Shown: one piece after another, positions 26,301 to 45,671 of the stretch
Numbering within the stretch: position 1 is the first letter of the stretch
How the letters are laid out: the number at the start of each line of letters is the position of its first letter
Assembly (NCBI GenBank): GCA_977030845.1
Contig: OZ365115.1
Coordinates: forward strand, 17,298,001-17,362,000
Direction: 5' to 3'
Length of the DNA: 64,000 bases
Source of the DNA: Fimbriosthenelais zetlandica
Taxonomy: Eukaryota
The notes under the pieces: model-generated
Database searches by the model: none
Told to the model about the DNA's origin: nothing
Seen by the model: the letters and a program-made list of their open reading frames with translations, nothing else
Translations under genes and position numbers: made by a program

Positions 26301-26534
26301 GCTGGGTCCATTGTTGACAAGAAGCAGGGCGAGGAGAGTGAAGGCCAGCTTCGTGAGCTGCAGCGTAAGATGCAGGAGATGGAGGACACCCTGAACTGTT
26401 CAATATGTCTGGAGTACGTGCGTTCTGTAGCCTTCATGTGTGGCCATAGCGCCTGTACCAACTGTGCACAATCTCTCAAAGTATGCCACATGTGTCGTAA
26501 ACCCATCAGTGGTAAGATCAACCTCTTCAACTAA
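13088..26534 (+). CDS. mib2: E3 ubiquitin ligase Mind bomb 2 (Mib/Herc2-ZZ-Mib/Herc2, Mib repeats, ankyrin repeats, two RING fingers), 938 aa
   Basis: Exons 13088-13310, 16785-16956, 17971-18077, 18530-18724, 19490-19629, 20197-20412, 20964-21138, 21742-21872, 22339-22487, 22877-23033, 23450-23604, 23974-24100, 24467-24676, 25056-25231, 25554-25804, 26302-26534. All GT-AG and in phase, total 2817 nt. Motifs: [17 protein letters not shown] finger CDGC...WKCTKC, ankyrin G-TALH repeats, RINGs CMVC...CGH and CSIC...CGH. The MEVG-type start and two RINGs (not three) favour MIB2 over MIB1. Confidence 0.96.
13448..13672. repeat. Tandem duplication, about 127 bp, 2 copies, mib2 intron 1
   Basis: ctattttgtgtatgttttg...catgtataaaaggagtgcagttacatccattt..cagtgaaatctcaaaaaa occurs twice. 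Confidence 0.85.
13730..13942. mobile_element. MITE family A (PIF/Harbinger/Tourist-like)
   Basis: TIR AGCCGGGAATACACTAATCCGATTCTCC...GGAGAATCGGATTAGTGTGCTCCAGGCT, flanked by TTA on both sides. Confidence 0.85.
14305..14343. repeat. (TTTA)n microsatellite after a pyrimidine-rich tract
   Basis: Directly visible. Confidence 0.9.
17244..17450. other. (ATTC)n microsatellite followed by an assembly gap (N at 17307-17450)
   Basis: Run of N in mib2 intron 2. Flanking exons join in phase, so no coding exon is required in the gap. Confidence 0.95.
18153..18472. mobile_element. MITE-like element with about 39 bp terminal inverted repeats
   Basis: atatgtgatgcgttttcatgaaatgaggctaaagtcgca ... tgcgactttagactcatttcgtgaaaacacgtcacatat. 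Confidence 0.7.
20560..20820. repeat. Tandem duplication, about 126 bp, 2 copies, mib2 intron 6
   Basis: gccatagta.atgtacttgaaaatat...attgaactggataa.tt.ccatagaat.gatgatttctaaaagt occurs twice. Confidence 0.8.
23013..23199 (+). repeat. 46 bp tandem repeat, 4 copies, spanning the mib2 exon 10 donor
   Basis: aaatgtgacgtcaatatacaggtaaa(c/t)tgacattgtaaaatataca; CAG|GT starts at 23031, 23077, 23123 and 23169. Confidence 0.95.
23257..23425. mobile_element. MITE with TIR CAGGGTATAATTT (partial copy also at 18788-18823)
   Basis: cagggtataatttacc ... ccaaattataccctg; related copies at 8397 and 18788. Confidence 0.75.
24696..24900. mobile_element. MITE family A copy
   Basis: Shared core ccaaatgcttgtaatttgaacagtcc...gtaaggctaaccactgacaaaatt; right TIR ggagaatcggattagtgtgtcctaggct followed by TTA. 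Confidence 0.8.
26016..26205. mobile_element. MITE family A copy (left TIR partly deleted)
   Basis: Core in reverse orientation; right TIR ggagaatcggatcagtgtattccaggct followed by TTA. Confidence 0.8.
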
Positions 26535-26995
26535 CACCAAGACCAACTATGGCTGAAATATATGTTTACCATCTAAAGCCAACCTTAGGAAACTGCAAGG
26601 CTCATGTCCTTTTCACCTAATGGGTCTGATACCATAGCGAAAATAAAACGAACTGTGCGTGCACAATCTCTCAAAGTATGCCACATGTGTCGTAAACCCA
26701 TCAGTGGTAAGATCAACCTCTTCAATGAACACCAACACCAACTATGGTTGAAATATAAATGACTTCCATCTAAAGCCAACCTTAGGAATCTGCAACGCTC
26801 ATATCCATTTTTCTTAATGGGTCTGATACCATAGCGGAAATAAGACCAAAAGTGGAAAAATCAACCTTTTCAACTAACGGCAACACCAACTAAATATGGT
26901 TGAAATATATGACTACCATCTATAGCCAACCTTAGGGAACTAATCATGTCCATTTCTCCGAATGGGTCTAATATCATATAGCAAGGCGGAAATAA
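26459..26995 (+). repeat. Tandem triplication of the mib2 C-terminal codons and proximal 3' UTR
   Basis: gtggtaagatcaacctcttcaa near 26509 and 26704, with a degenerate copy near 26852. Each is followed by accaact..atgg.tgaaatat...ccatcta.agccaaccttagg...atgggtct.atac. Confidence 0.9.
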
Positions 26996-27521
26996 AATAG
27001 GTGCTTGTCTTAGCTCTGCAGCCAGTTACCCACATCCCAGATGTTCAAAAGTTTAGAGAATGGAAAAGGAAGAGATGTGATATTTGGAATTATCATCTCA
27101 TACATGTACATATTGTATAGTTTTCAAGACCTGACTATCAAAGAAGATCCGGATTGTAAAAGAAAGACAAGTTGTCAGTCCTAAACAGAGAAAAAGTGAA
27201 AATGTGCTTGACAACAAACCAAGCCTTTCAAGGTTTGATAATGCTGCTAAGTACAAACGGTTAGAAATGATATCTAATGCCCAGCATTGATCTTGATCTA
27301 GGCAGTGGAGTGTATAGGGAAATTATATCAAGCTGGAAACTACGAAAAGGCCAATTTTATGTACAACAATTGTAAACGGATCAAGTGCTTATTTTCCCCA
27401 GTTTACCCCATAGGATATGAAGAACTAATACTGGAGTCAGTGTATGTGTGCCTAAGGAAAAATAGACTAAGAAGAGGTGAAACTGCTCACTTTGGTAGCT
27501 TAGCAACTAGACTGTTTCTGT

Positions 27522-27727
27522 GGTAACAGCCATTGTCACGCTTGGTGACAGCCATTGTCACGCTTGGTGACAGCCAGTCACGATTTGTGACAGCCACTGT
27601 CACGCTTGGTGACAGCCACTGTCACGCTTGGTGACACATGGTGACAGCCACTGTCACGCTTGGTGACAGCCACTGTCACACATGGCGACAGCCATTGTCA
27701 CGCTTGGTGACTGCCATTGTCACATGA
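27522..27727. repeat. Minisatellite, about 22 bp palindromic unit, about 9 copies
   Basis: gtgacagcca(t/c)tgtcacgcttg repeated, with some shortened units. Confidence 0.92.
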
Positions 27728-30700
27728 TGAGGAGAGAACTGACTGTGAACGCCAATTTTTGGGTGTGGTCTTATTACATAACCGGTCATTGCCCTATGTC
27801 CGTGACCATTGTCCACTACTCCCCATGTATGGGAGACTCAAATACTCTACTGTGATCCCTTTTTGTATTGTAATACAATTGTACATATGCGTATACATAT
27901 ATATATACATAGGAAGATTCTAACCATCTATGTCCAGGACCTTTTAGTATGATTATCTCTTCACACTAATCTTATGTGAGCTCATGAAATGAATGGTTTT
28001 TATAAGAAGGGTGGGGGTTTATAATTATAATTTGACGGGACAGAAAAATGGTTGTTATTTTCAGGAGCCTTTTTATATATTGGTAATTGATGGTCATGGT
28101 CCATCAGTATATGTGTATGATGGGATAGGGACGGAATTAGCTGGTGATTCTGCTTTGTGGCTTAGTGTTTGCACTCTAACTGGTGAACCAGTAAGGAAAA
28201 TAGATGATGCTCTTTGTACCTGAAACTGGTATTAAATACTGCGTTTTGAGTCATCCTGTCGGAATTCGCTAGAAATAAATTTTTTATCTGCAATCTTTGA
28301 ATTGAAAATGTGATCTAATTTCTAAAGGACTCGACTTAAAATAAGGCATTTTCGATCAGGATGACTTAGGCCAGTGACTTGGTAATAATAGTCTGAAGAT
28401 CTGAAGCTTGGGTTTGTATCAAATCATGCCTAGCATTAATGAATCTCTTCATCTCCTAACCAGAGCATCATCTCCCTACATTTTTGTTCATTTTTGTTTC
28501 ATTTTCTATTTATTTGATATAATACTCTCTTGTACATATAGCCATTTACCCTGTACATTTTTACACCTTTGATAACCATCTAATTTACACACACATACAC
28601 CCTCAAACAAATTTGATGGTTTGGGCCTTTTCTGCGATATTTTAATATTGTAACATAGGTAAATAGTCATAGGGCAAGGTCGGGGAACTACTTTGCTTTT
28701 GGTACTTTTGAAATATTGTCCAAGTAATGGGGATAGAGTGGGGGTGAGTTTTGTTTTCAGTGCATGCATATTCCCTGCCCCCAACCCACACAGCCCAGAC
28801 AAAAATAACATTTATATGTATATTCAGAGGGGGACACAGTCTCATTTACTCATATCTGGTTTCCCATTTTTGTCAAGTCTTCGAGTACGAATAACGGTAA
28901 AGATAAGTATTACAGAAGAATGGGAGGAACTTATTCTTTAAAGACATTTTTAAAAATCTGATGACTACAGTAATTTTGGTACTGAGAGGGTGGAGTGAGA
29001 AACCTCCCCTTACCATTTTTATTTTTTCTCACAATCCCCCCCCCCCCCCCCGCCACACACACACACACCCCAACAGCCAATGCCATCGGGAGATGTTGGC
29101 TCTCGTATATATTTTCTTCCTGGTCAGCCTTTGAATGTATAACAGTATGCTACTTTGTCTAAGTGTAGATCTATAATTTCCTTGTTCCCAAGATAAATAG
29201 AAATTATTCAGTTGTAGACAAGATACCACATATTTTATATTATAGTCAGGGAAGTATTTGGTAGTTATTCCTATGCTCGTGACTCTATTCTCGGGTCAGC
29301 TCAATTCACACTTCAAGTGCTTTCATTTATTCTGACTGTGTCACACTGTAGGACATGATAGTCAATGACACTTTGTCCGGCTGGTTTTTTTTTCTGATGT
29401 CAGATATGCAAGTCTGAATATTAGTAATGTCGTGTCATGTACACCAACCTCAAAGAGTGTAATTCTAAACTTTCACTTGTACACAGCACAATCATAATAT
29501 GCACTTCTCATGATAATTTATTGTGCATGAAAAAATCATTTAATGCCAGGCATTTGACAATCGAGTATGTTTTCAATCTGTGACATTCTGTTGCTGACTA
29601 ATATTATTTTCTTATAAACTATCCTTTATAATAGAGAGGTTTTCAGACATTTTCAGAACACAGAAGGTCCCTATACCTGTGTGATTGCATCAGAATCTGT
29701 TCAATATTTATTCGCGTTATAAACTTGCAGAATGTGCGACTATTCAGTTGATATTTTCATTCAGTGCTACAACAGTGTGATCCTCCTAGATTTAATGGTA
29801 TTGTAAAGGCTTAGCATGACTGCAGTCATATTTTTAAAAACAAACAATTATACTTGCATAATGTACTATATTTTAATGTGCTCATGATCATCTTCCCTCC
29901 CCTTCTAACTAAACCTTTTCACTGGAAAAAAAAATCTTTGAAAAATTGTAAATTATTTAAATTTATGACTAAACTAATTAGAATCATTAATATGACACCT
30001 AGTTCGCCTAGCGATTTAGTAACCGTTTTATATTCATTAACATTGAAGTTTGCGGTGGTAATTAATATTGGAAAAACTCCCGTAGACCAGCTGTGGGATA
30101 ACTAATCTACTTAAATCCATGGTATTAACAGTTGACTACTGTGCCTTACACTATGACCCTCCTATTGCCACCCTGCTTTCTACATAACTTCCCATTTTCT
30201 CTGATACTAATACCAAAAAGGAAAACCCAAAATTGCCAGATTTGTAACTTAACATAGGTTACTATTAATTAGACACAGTGTCTACCTCTAGTGGGGAATT
30301 TCCCTACTAAATGACAAGTACCAATTATTATAAGAACGCCGTTTTCTAATCGTCTTCCTCCACCCCAAGATATTGTCGAGTAAAAATCAAATTGATTTTT
30401 CTCGATAATCATTATTTTCACCATTTATATCCGCATGGGTGCTCGAGACAACATGTGCCACTTGTTAATTTTAATATATGAGCTATAATGATGCATCCCC
30501 TTGTCTGAGTTGCGCAAATTACAATCAGGTTTTATTCTTCATTTAGTCTTCCCATTTGATAAAACTGCTACAATTGTTCTGGTTGCTGAAAAAATCATTT
30601 ATACATAGCTGCCAGTAATTCTGTTCAGGTTAAATAATATAAACTGTACATAGATGATAATATATATACATAACAATTGCCAATATTTTTAAATCATTGT

Positions 30701-31129
30701 ATTGTTTTCAGTCAATGGGGAACGAAAGTAATTTTTTAAACTTCTATACTTAATAAAAAAACAAAACCTGATGTCCAGTTTATTTACTGGCAAGGTTGGA
30801 GGGTTATAATTCAGTATTGGAGCATTTGAAATATTAGGGAAGGAAGCTGATGTGACAGGATGGACTAGGTCACACATTACTCTCCATTCACTTTGTCTAC
30901 TCCGCTGCTTTGTACATCTTCTTTTCCATACAAAGAGAATTAGTCAAGTGTTTTAATAAAGGTTATACACTCAGCTAGTTGCTGCCTTTGTTCATCATTA
31001 ATATAACTCTTAAATTTTTGAATTATTTCTGCCATAAAAGGGGCCCCCTCATCAAAATGGGACCCGTTTCAAAGAGAAAATTAGCAATAGTCTATGATTA
31101 ATATTCGTTTTGACACAGCTCCTGAATAA

Positions 31130-31326
31130 AGCCAGGAATACACTAATCCGTTTCTCTATCCGGAGCCATCCGATAGCTGTCCGAAACTATATTTCTATTC
31201 GCACCAAATGCTTGCAATTTGAACAGTCCCTTACACCTAGGTAAGGCTAACCACTGACAAAATTTTATTAGAAATAGGGTGTCGGATGGCGACGGATAGG
31301 ATAATCGGATTAGTGTATTCCCGGCT
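31130..31326. mobile_element. MITE family A copy
   Basis: AGCCAGGAATACACTAATCCG...CGGATTAGTGTATTCCCGGCT, flanked by TAA on both sides. Confidence 0.87.
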
Positions 31327-34300
31327 TAAGTTTATGGAGCCTCTATTGCACAATACATAATAATCGGCCTGGAATTCATCATCAGGTACCCTGGTAGTGT
31401 GCCTCCGCCCAACACTAATAATAATTAATTGATAGTGGTCCTATCTAAAACTTCACATAATTAATGTCATTTAAATTAGTCGCTCATAAAAGGGATTTAC
31501 AGGTTTTTATTATCTGAAAGATTTTATTACCTTTACCAAACTAATTTTGAGCTCTTTAATAAAGTGTCGTATTTAATACAAGCGTGTTTATGATTTTCAT
31601 TTTCATTTAATTAAGTTATTTTATTAAACATTCGGCACAGTTTTTCCCTTTGAGTATTTTCTATCTGATTCTCTTGCCCCGACCTTCCATTTAGAGAATC
31701 GCATACTGAGGACTGATTTCAAGATTCAGATATTTTGAATTTTTGTAAAGTTGCATGGAATTCTAAAGTATATTAAAGTGTGAGTCGCTTATACATGAAT
31801 CGATCTGCCATGAATGTACACGTGATATCCGGACGATTAATAACTTTTCCCATGATTGTCCTCGGGGGGATTGTAATAGTTTAATTTTATGACATGAACG
31901 ATGCTTATGAAGGTAGCGAGAGGAGAATTGTAGTGACGCTGCGTTCCCAGGGTTTACACCTCCCACTAGTCCCAGTAAACATACTTGAGAGGTATATTAA
32001 AAGTATCGGGATTATTTTTGAAAAATACAAAGGGAAAGACATCAGTAATTCCAGCATGCATCGTGTAAGTACAGATTTGTTATCATTTCATTAACCTGTT
32101 TTAAGGACGGGATGATTTTGGATCTGGCTTGAAACATGAGATTGATATTATTTTTATTCACTGAATTTCGGCTATCTAGCCTGTCTTCCGCTTAAAAGAA
32201 ATACAAAATTCAGGAATACAAAATATATTTTTAATTAATGAATAATATGAGATGGTTTCATGCAATGGTTTCATAAGGAAGACAATTATCTAGGCCTTCA
32301 TACAACTCTGGAAATCCTTCCCAATTTGAAAGGGAAAATATCCACATGTATATCCAAAATTGTGCGTAGATATTTTTGGATGGAAACCAAGTTTCAAGCA
32401 TTATTATGCATCCTCCTTTAGTTTCATTACACTTTCCCTGTCAGAAAACACTGACAAAGGGAATGAATCTTCAAAAGGGACGGATGGGGGAATATTGGGT
32501 GTACATACAGCTTTACTGGTATAGCTGATGTGATCATCCTCCAAACATTTATTCCCAGATTTATATAATAATCAATCCCGATAAATTATTTGTTAATCGT
32601 AATTAACATTAAAATGCATAATCTTTATACAAATTGATTTATGTTTTACTACCGTATGTTGAGCATGTAAGAGAAAAGGGTACTTCTTAATGGTATTCTA
32701 ATTTAATTTAAAATATTGTTATAATTACTTATGAACAACATAGAAAAAGAGCGAGGTCCTCACTTCAATTTGACCGTAAAAAATAATTACTTATGTTTTA
32801 TCAGTATATTAACGGAGTATAAAATATGACATATTATTGTCTCCAAATTCTGGTTTAAAAAATATCTTAATGACAAAAATATCTTAATAATATTTATCCA
32901 CCCATATTCACCCATGGACTCACCCACATCTCCACAATCTATCCTTATCTCATCCTGTTTTCATATCCACACACACACATACACTCCTATCTGTGTCTCG
33001 CATACTTTTCCAGTACTTATGTATATTATACACATGTATACACATCCCCTCCCAAACACACACATCATCCCACCCACGGACCATGGAGAGAGACCCCTCT
33101 TACATACACTATAACATGCTCCCAGTTTAAATCCTTATAGCTACAATGCTTTACTTCCTCAACTCAACTTGAAGCTGGCAATGCACTGGCATCCCAGTCT
33201 GGGAATACAAAATTAATTTTTCTCTAAATTCAATGGAATACACGATGAGGAAATTTGACATCAAGAAACAATGAATATTGGAGTGGGCGTGTAGATTGGA
33301 GGAAAATCTAGGGACATAAGGATTACCAAAAAGGACCTCCTCGGTAAGGCTATATCTCTATATATATACGGGTTGGGAACTGGTAGCTACTGTCAAGCAA
33401 GAGGAACTGAAGCATGAAAATTGTATTTATTTACGGGAATTACCATGGTAAAGTTCTATATGGGTGTTTCTCTATATAGCTCTATAGTAGGTCATTATAT
33501 ACCGGACCATCGGTGACATAGAGGCATGTGGTCATGTAGGTCAAATTTTGACAGATGATCATAATATAGAGAACTATAGGCAGGATGAATGATTTTGTCC
33601 GGATCACTTAAAACTTAAATGGCAGGAAAAAAAACTAAGCAGGAAATAACCTCAAAATGCTTGAGTTCTCTTATGAAATCATCTGTAAACTTGTCCCATG
33701 TTATGCTTTGAAAGGGAGCATTAGGGAGCATTAGCCTAATCAATAGCTAGAATAAAGATCAGTAGGCCCTGTACTAGATTATCAAATACATGTAGAGTAG
33801 GTTAGATGCCCTTTGGTTGGGATGCCATGTTCTGGGCCATGTTATCATGTTAAGTTCATGGGCCAGGGCATGGTTACCTTATTGGGGCAGGGCATAATTA
33901 ATTGCCTTATTGGGGCAGGCCATTTAAAGGATTATCCAATTGAGGAAGGTGAAAATTATGACCTCATTTGTGCAGGTGTAATACGTAATAATTAATCATA
34001 TTATAGTGCAGGTGTTCATGGCAAATTAGGTAATTCAGTGTAGAGTAAAATACATATTATACTGTACAGAAAAAAGATGAAATTGAAATTTCTGGTTACC
34101 TATATAATATGCTATATTTAGCCCCAAAAAATGCAGTAAATTAAATTAGTACATAGCAAAGGCAAGATGGAAAGAACTATCTTGTCTTAAAAACCAATGC
34201 CGCTTTAATTATGGTAAGAATATGTGAAGGTGTAACTTACCAACTTTCAGTAGATGTCAGTAGTGCGGCATCTTTTCATCAGGGTGCAGCCTGGACACCT

Positions 34301-34405
34301 CTATTCTGGAAACGCTGATTTGCCAGCAGGACAGGGTACCATCCCAGATGTTGAATATTTTGTGTAGACAGATCCATTTGACGGCAAGGCATTATTCTAT
34401 ATTGT

Positions 34406-35150
34406 GAAGATTTTAAAACATCCCTTTGAAGGCAGGGCACCATTCCATATGGTGAAGATTTTGACTCATACCTTTGAAGGCAGGGCACCATTCCGTATGG
34501 TGAATTTTGACACATCCCTTTGAAGGCAGGGCACCATTTGACTCATACCTTTGAAGGCAGGGCACCATTCCGTATGAAGATTTTGACAGGGCACCATTCC
34601 GTATGGTGAAGATTTTAACACATCCCTTTGAAGGCAGGGCACCATTCCGTATGAAGATTTTAACACATCCCTTTGAAGGCACCATTCCATATGGGGAAGA
34701 TTTTAACACATGTAACCCTTTGAAGACACCATTCCATATGGGGAAGATTTTAACACATGTAACCCTTTGAAGACACCATTCCATATGGGGAAGATTTTAA
34801 CACATGTAACCCTTTGAAGGCACCATTCCATATGGGGAAGATTTTAACACATGTAACCCTTTGAAGGCACCATTCCATATGGGGATGATTTTAACACATG
34901 TAACCCTTTGAAGGCACCATTCCATATGGGGAAGATTTTTACACATGTAACCCTTTGAAGGCACCATTCCATATGGGGAAGATTTTGACACATCCCTTTG
35001 TAGGCAGGGCACCATTCCATATGGTGAAGATTTTATGTGAAGATACATTTGAAGGCAGGACACCATTCCATATTTCGACACATCCATTTGAAGATCTTTG
35101 AAGGCGGGGAACCATTCCATGTGGTGAAGATTTTAAATCATGTGGAGGAA
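34406..35150. repeat. Minisatellite, 47-49 bp unit
   Basis: gaagattttaacacatgtaaccctttgaaggcaccattccatatggg (exact 47 bp period at 34681/34728/34775), with variants carrying gcagggc. Confidence 0.93.
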
Positions 35151-36199
35151 GGTCAGACAGATTCATTTGAAGGCAGGAAATTCATTTCCATTTTTGAAGC
35201 AGTTGCAGAGAACTTTTCTATTTTGTTAGATTTTGACACATGTCATGTTGACTTCCATCCCTCAGAAGATTTTGATTTGAGCAACACCTTCAAAGGTCAG
35301 ATCTAAGCTGCCTTAATTAGGTCACTGACCTGACATGACCTTGGCATAATCACACCCCTAGATCACACATGACACATTCATCCATCTTGATGAGTAAAAA
35401 CATCCATATGCACTGAAGTCGAGATTCGGAAATAATCTTGGTGGTTGGGTACTCTTATAGGTCTTCTGATATTTGAAGATATCGCTACTCAAACTTCCTG
35501 AAATAGAAGATTGGATCAAGTACTTAGTTGAAGCAAATTAACTGCAACCAGATAAAGTTTGTCAAATTTCCTATGATTAACTTACAAGAATTGTTGAATT
35601 ATCCGTTAATTTGAATTTTTTTACTGAAGGTGGCAAGACACAAATGTCAGAGTTGTAATCGGGGTGGAGAATGATAATGTTGATGATACAGGCTTAGAGT
35701 TTAGCTTATTCAAACCCTTTTCTTGAAAGTAACTCTTCAGTAAACAGGGTTAACTTGTAAGCAATCTATACAAGGGCGGACGGACCCTTGTTCCATGGGC
35801 TAGGTAACAAAAAATTAAGCAAGTCAACGGTACCACGTGCATCGCCATCGAGATGTGAATTTGGCTAAAATTATAGGTAAAAATCGACACGGCCCTAAAT
35901 AAAGAGCGGCATTCTGACACAGACTCCTTAACGTGCGACATACACAGCTGCCAAAACTGACATGCGACATGGAGACATTTTATCGTGTGACATTCTGACA
36001 CAGGCATAAAAAGGGGGCCCATGTACACCCCTAAAATTAAGTGGTCCGCGAGGCTAAGAAAAGGTAACCCTTGTTGTCACAATTGCAAAGAAACAATCAC
36101 TGAAACTCCCAAGATCTTGCAGAACCAGAAGCGAGACCCCTCCCCTACATTCCCATGGGGTTTTCTGACTTTCCAATCGAGGACATTGGTCATTGCAAA

Positions 36200-36520
36200 A
36201 CGGATTCAAGATTCCAAGATGGCGGACCTGTTGAATTCTGAGTTTGAGGAGTTCAGCAACCCATTCTTCCGTCGTTTGAAAGTTTTGAAACTAGAGTCTG
36301 TGATTAAACCGATACGTGAAGACTTACCTGAACATACTCTCAATCAACCAGTCTGTTAAATAGATACTGATCAAACTTTTGCCCTTAAAACCTGCTGATA
36401 AAGTTCTGCCTTCCTCAATTGAAGCTGAAGAACGCGCGAGGAAGTGGCATTTCGTCACTTCCGGAAAGAGACCATACCTGCGACGACATGCCAAGAGCTT
36501 CAGAACTTTAGCAGACGTAT
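36200..36520. promoter_or_regulatory. Putative (bidirectional) promoter upstream of the CYFIP-like gene
   Basis: CpG-richer patch with YY1-like caagatggcg (about 36215), ETS-like ggaagt and cacttccggaa (about 36440-36466), and a minus-strand CAG|GTAAGT donor at 36328. Confidence 0.5.
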
Positions 36521-37462
36521 TATTCGTCATACCCAATTATTGCCTAGAATAATAATTATCTAGAATTCCTTTTAATGGTATATGTTATTAAACATATTTA
36601 AGTTGTGATTATATTATGAAAATAAACCTTTCTAACTAGGGACAATGTAATATTTTGGTCATTTTAGTGCTCCCTGCTTCAGTCTATAGTCTATGATGAT
36701 AAATGGATGGTTTGGAATTGGATGCAAATTTTAAGCAACCTCGAGCCCAAAAATAATGGGGTTTTAAATTAAAATCTAATTTAAAAGGTTTTTTTTTGGT
36801 TTTTTTTTACATATATAGGCATATATTGAAAGGTTTATTAATTATTTTCCTTTCTAACATTGATCCTCCTTTCACAGAATATAATAGTATCACAACTTCC
36901 TTACAAAAAATCTTGGTTATTCCCACTGAACATGTATGGCAGGACAATATTTGATATGTCAAGGGATTAAACATGGGCTGTTCAGCACAGATGTCTGTTA
37001 TCTCCCACAATTATTTGTCTATGACATGAGAGATGAGAATTAGATACACATATCAGCCCACCCGGACGAGAAATGTCACAGATAATTCATGAGCTCTTTG
37101 CAAGAATACTTCAATTCCACTTTAGTTTCATTTCAGTTTCAGGATAGAAAATAAGCTTTTTAGATTTGTTCATGGACAAAATTGCAATGCATGTACATGT
37201 ATACGGGTCCTGTAATAAATTCGATTAAATGCAAAGAATAATTATGACCTACTCCATATGTTAGAGCCAGTTCAAACTATTTTCTCAAATACAGGATCCT
37301 ATAGTTTTTCACCGAAAGCGGATCTAGGGGATCCAGACGATATCTGAGACAAATAACTTAGATAAAAACAACCAGAGGACATTATAAGCAGTGTCACATA
37401 TTAATGATAACATCCTTTTCCAGACTTTAGTTATAGGTCGACCTAATCCTCATAAAGGCAGG

Positions 37463-45671
<8,209 letters not shown>

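Noticed and set aside
27522-27727. Palindromic repeats resembling a CRISPR array
   Set aside because: No unique spacers, units are contiguous, the context is eukaryotic, and there are no cas genes.
31763-32094. Opposing ORFs with a plus-strand gtaagt donor near 32065
   Set aside because: No motif recognised and no partner exon. Probably chance or a decayed TE.
34279-35306. Several overlapping ORFs with repeated SSPYGMVPCLQR / MEWCLQR peptides
   Set aside because: They are translations of the 47-49 bp minisatellite, whose unit length shifts frame. No splice or codon support.
36219-36290. Faint resemblance of EFSNPFFRRL to the ANKRD27/VARP N-terminus (NPFYLAL)
   Set aside because: Only a few residues match, there is no donor, and no downstream VARP exons were seen.
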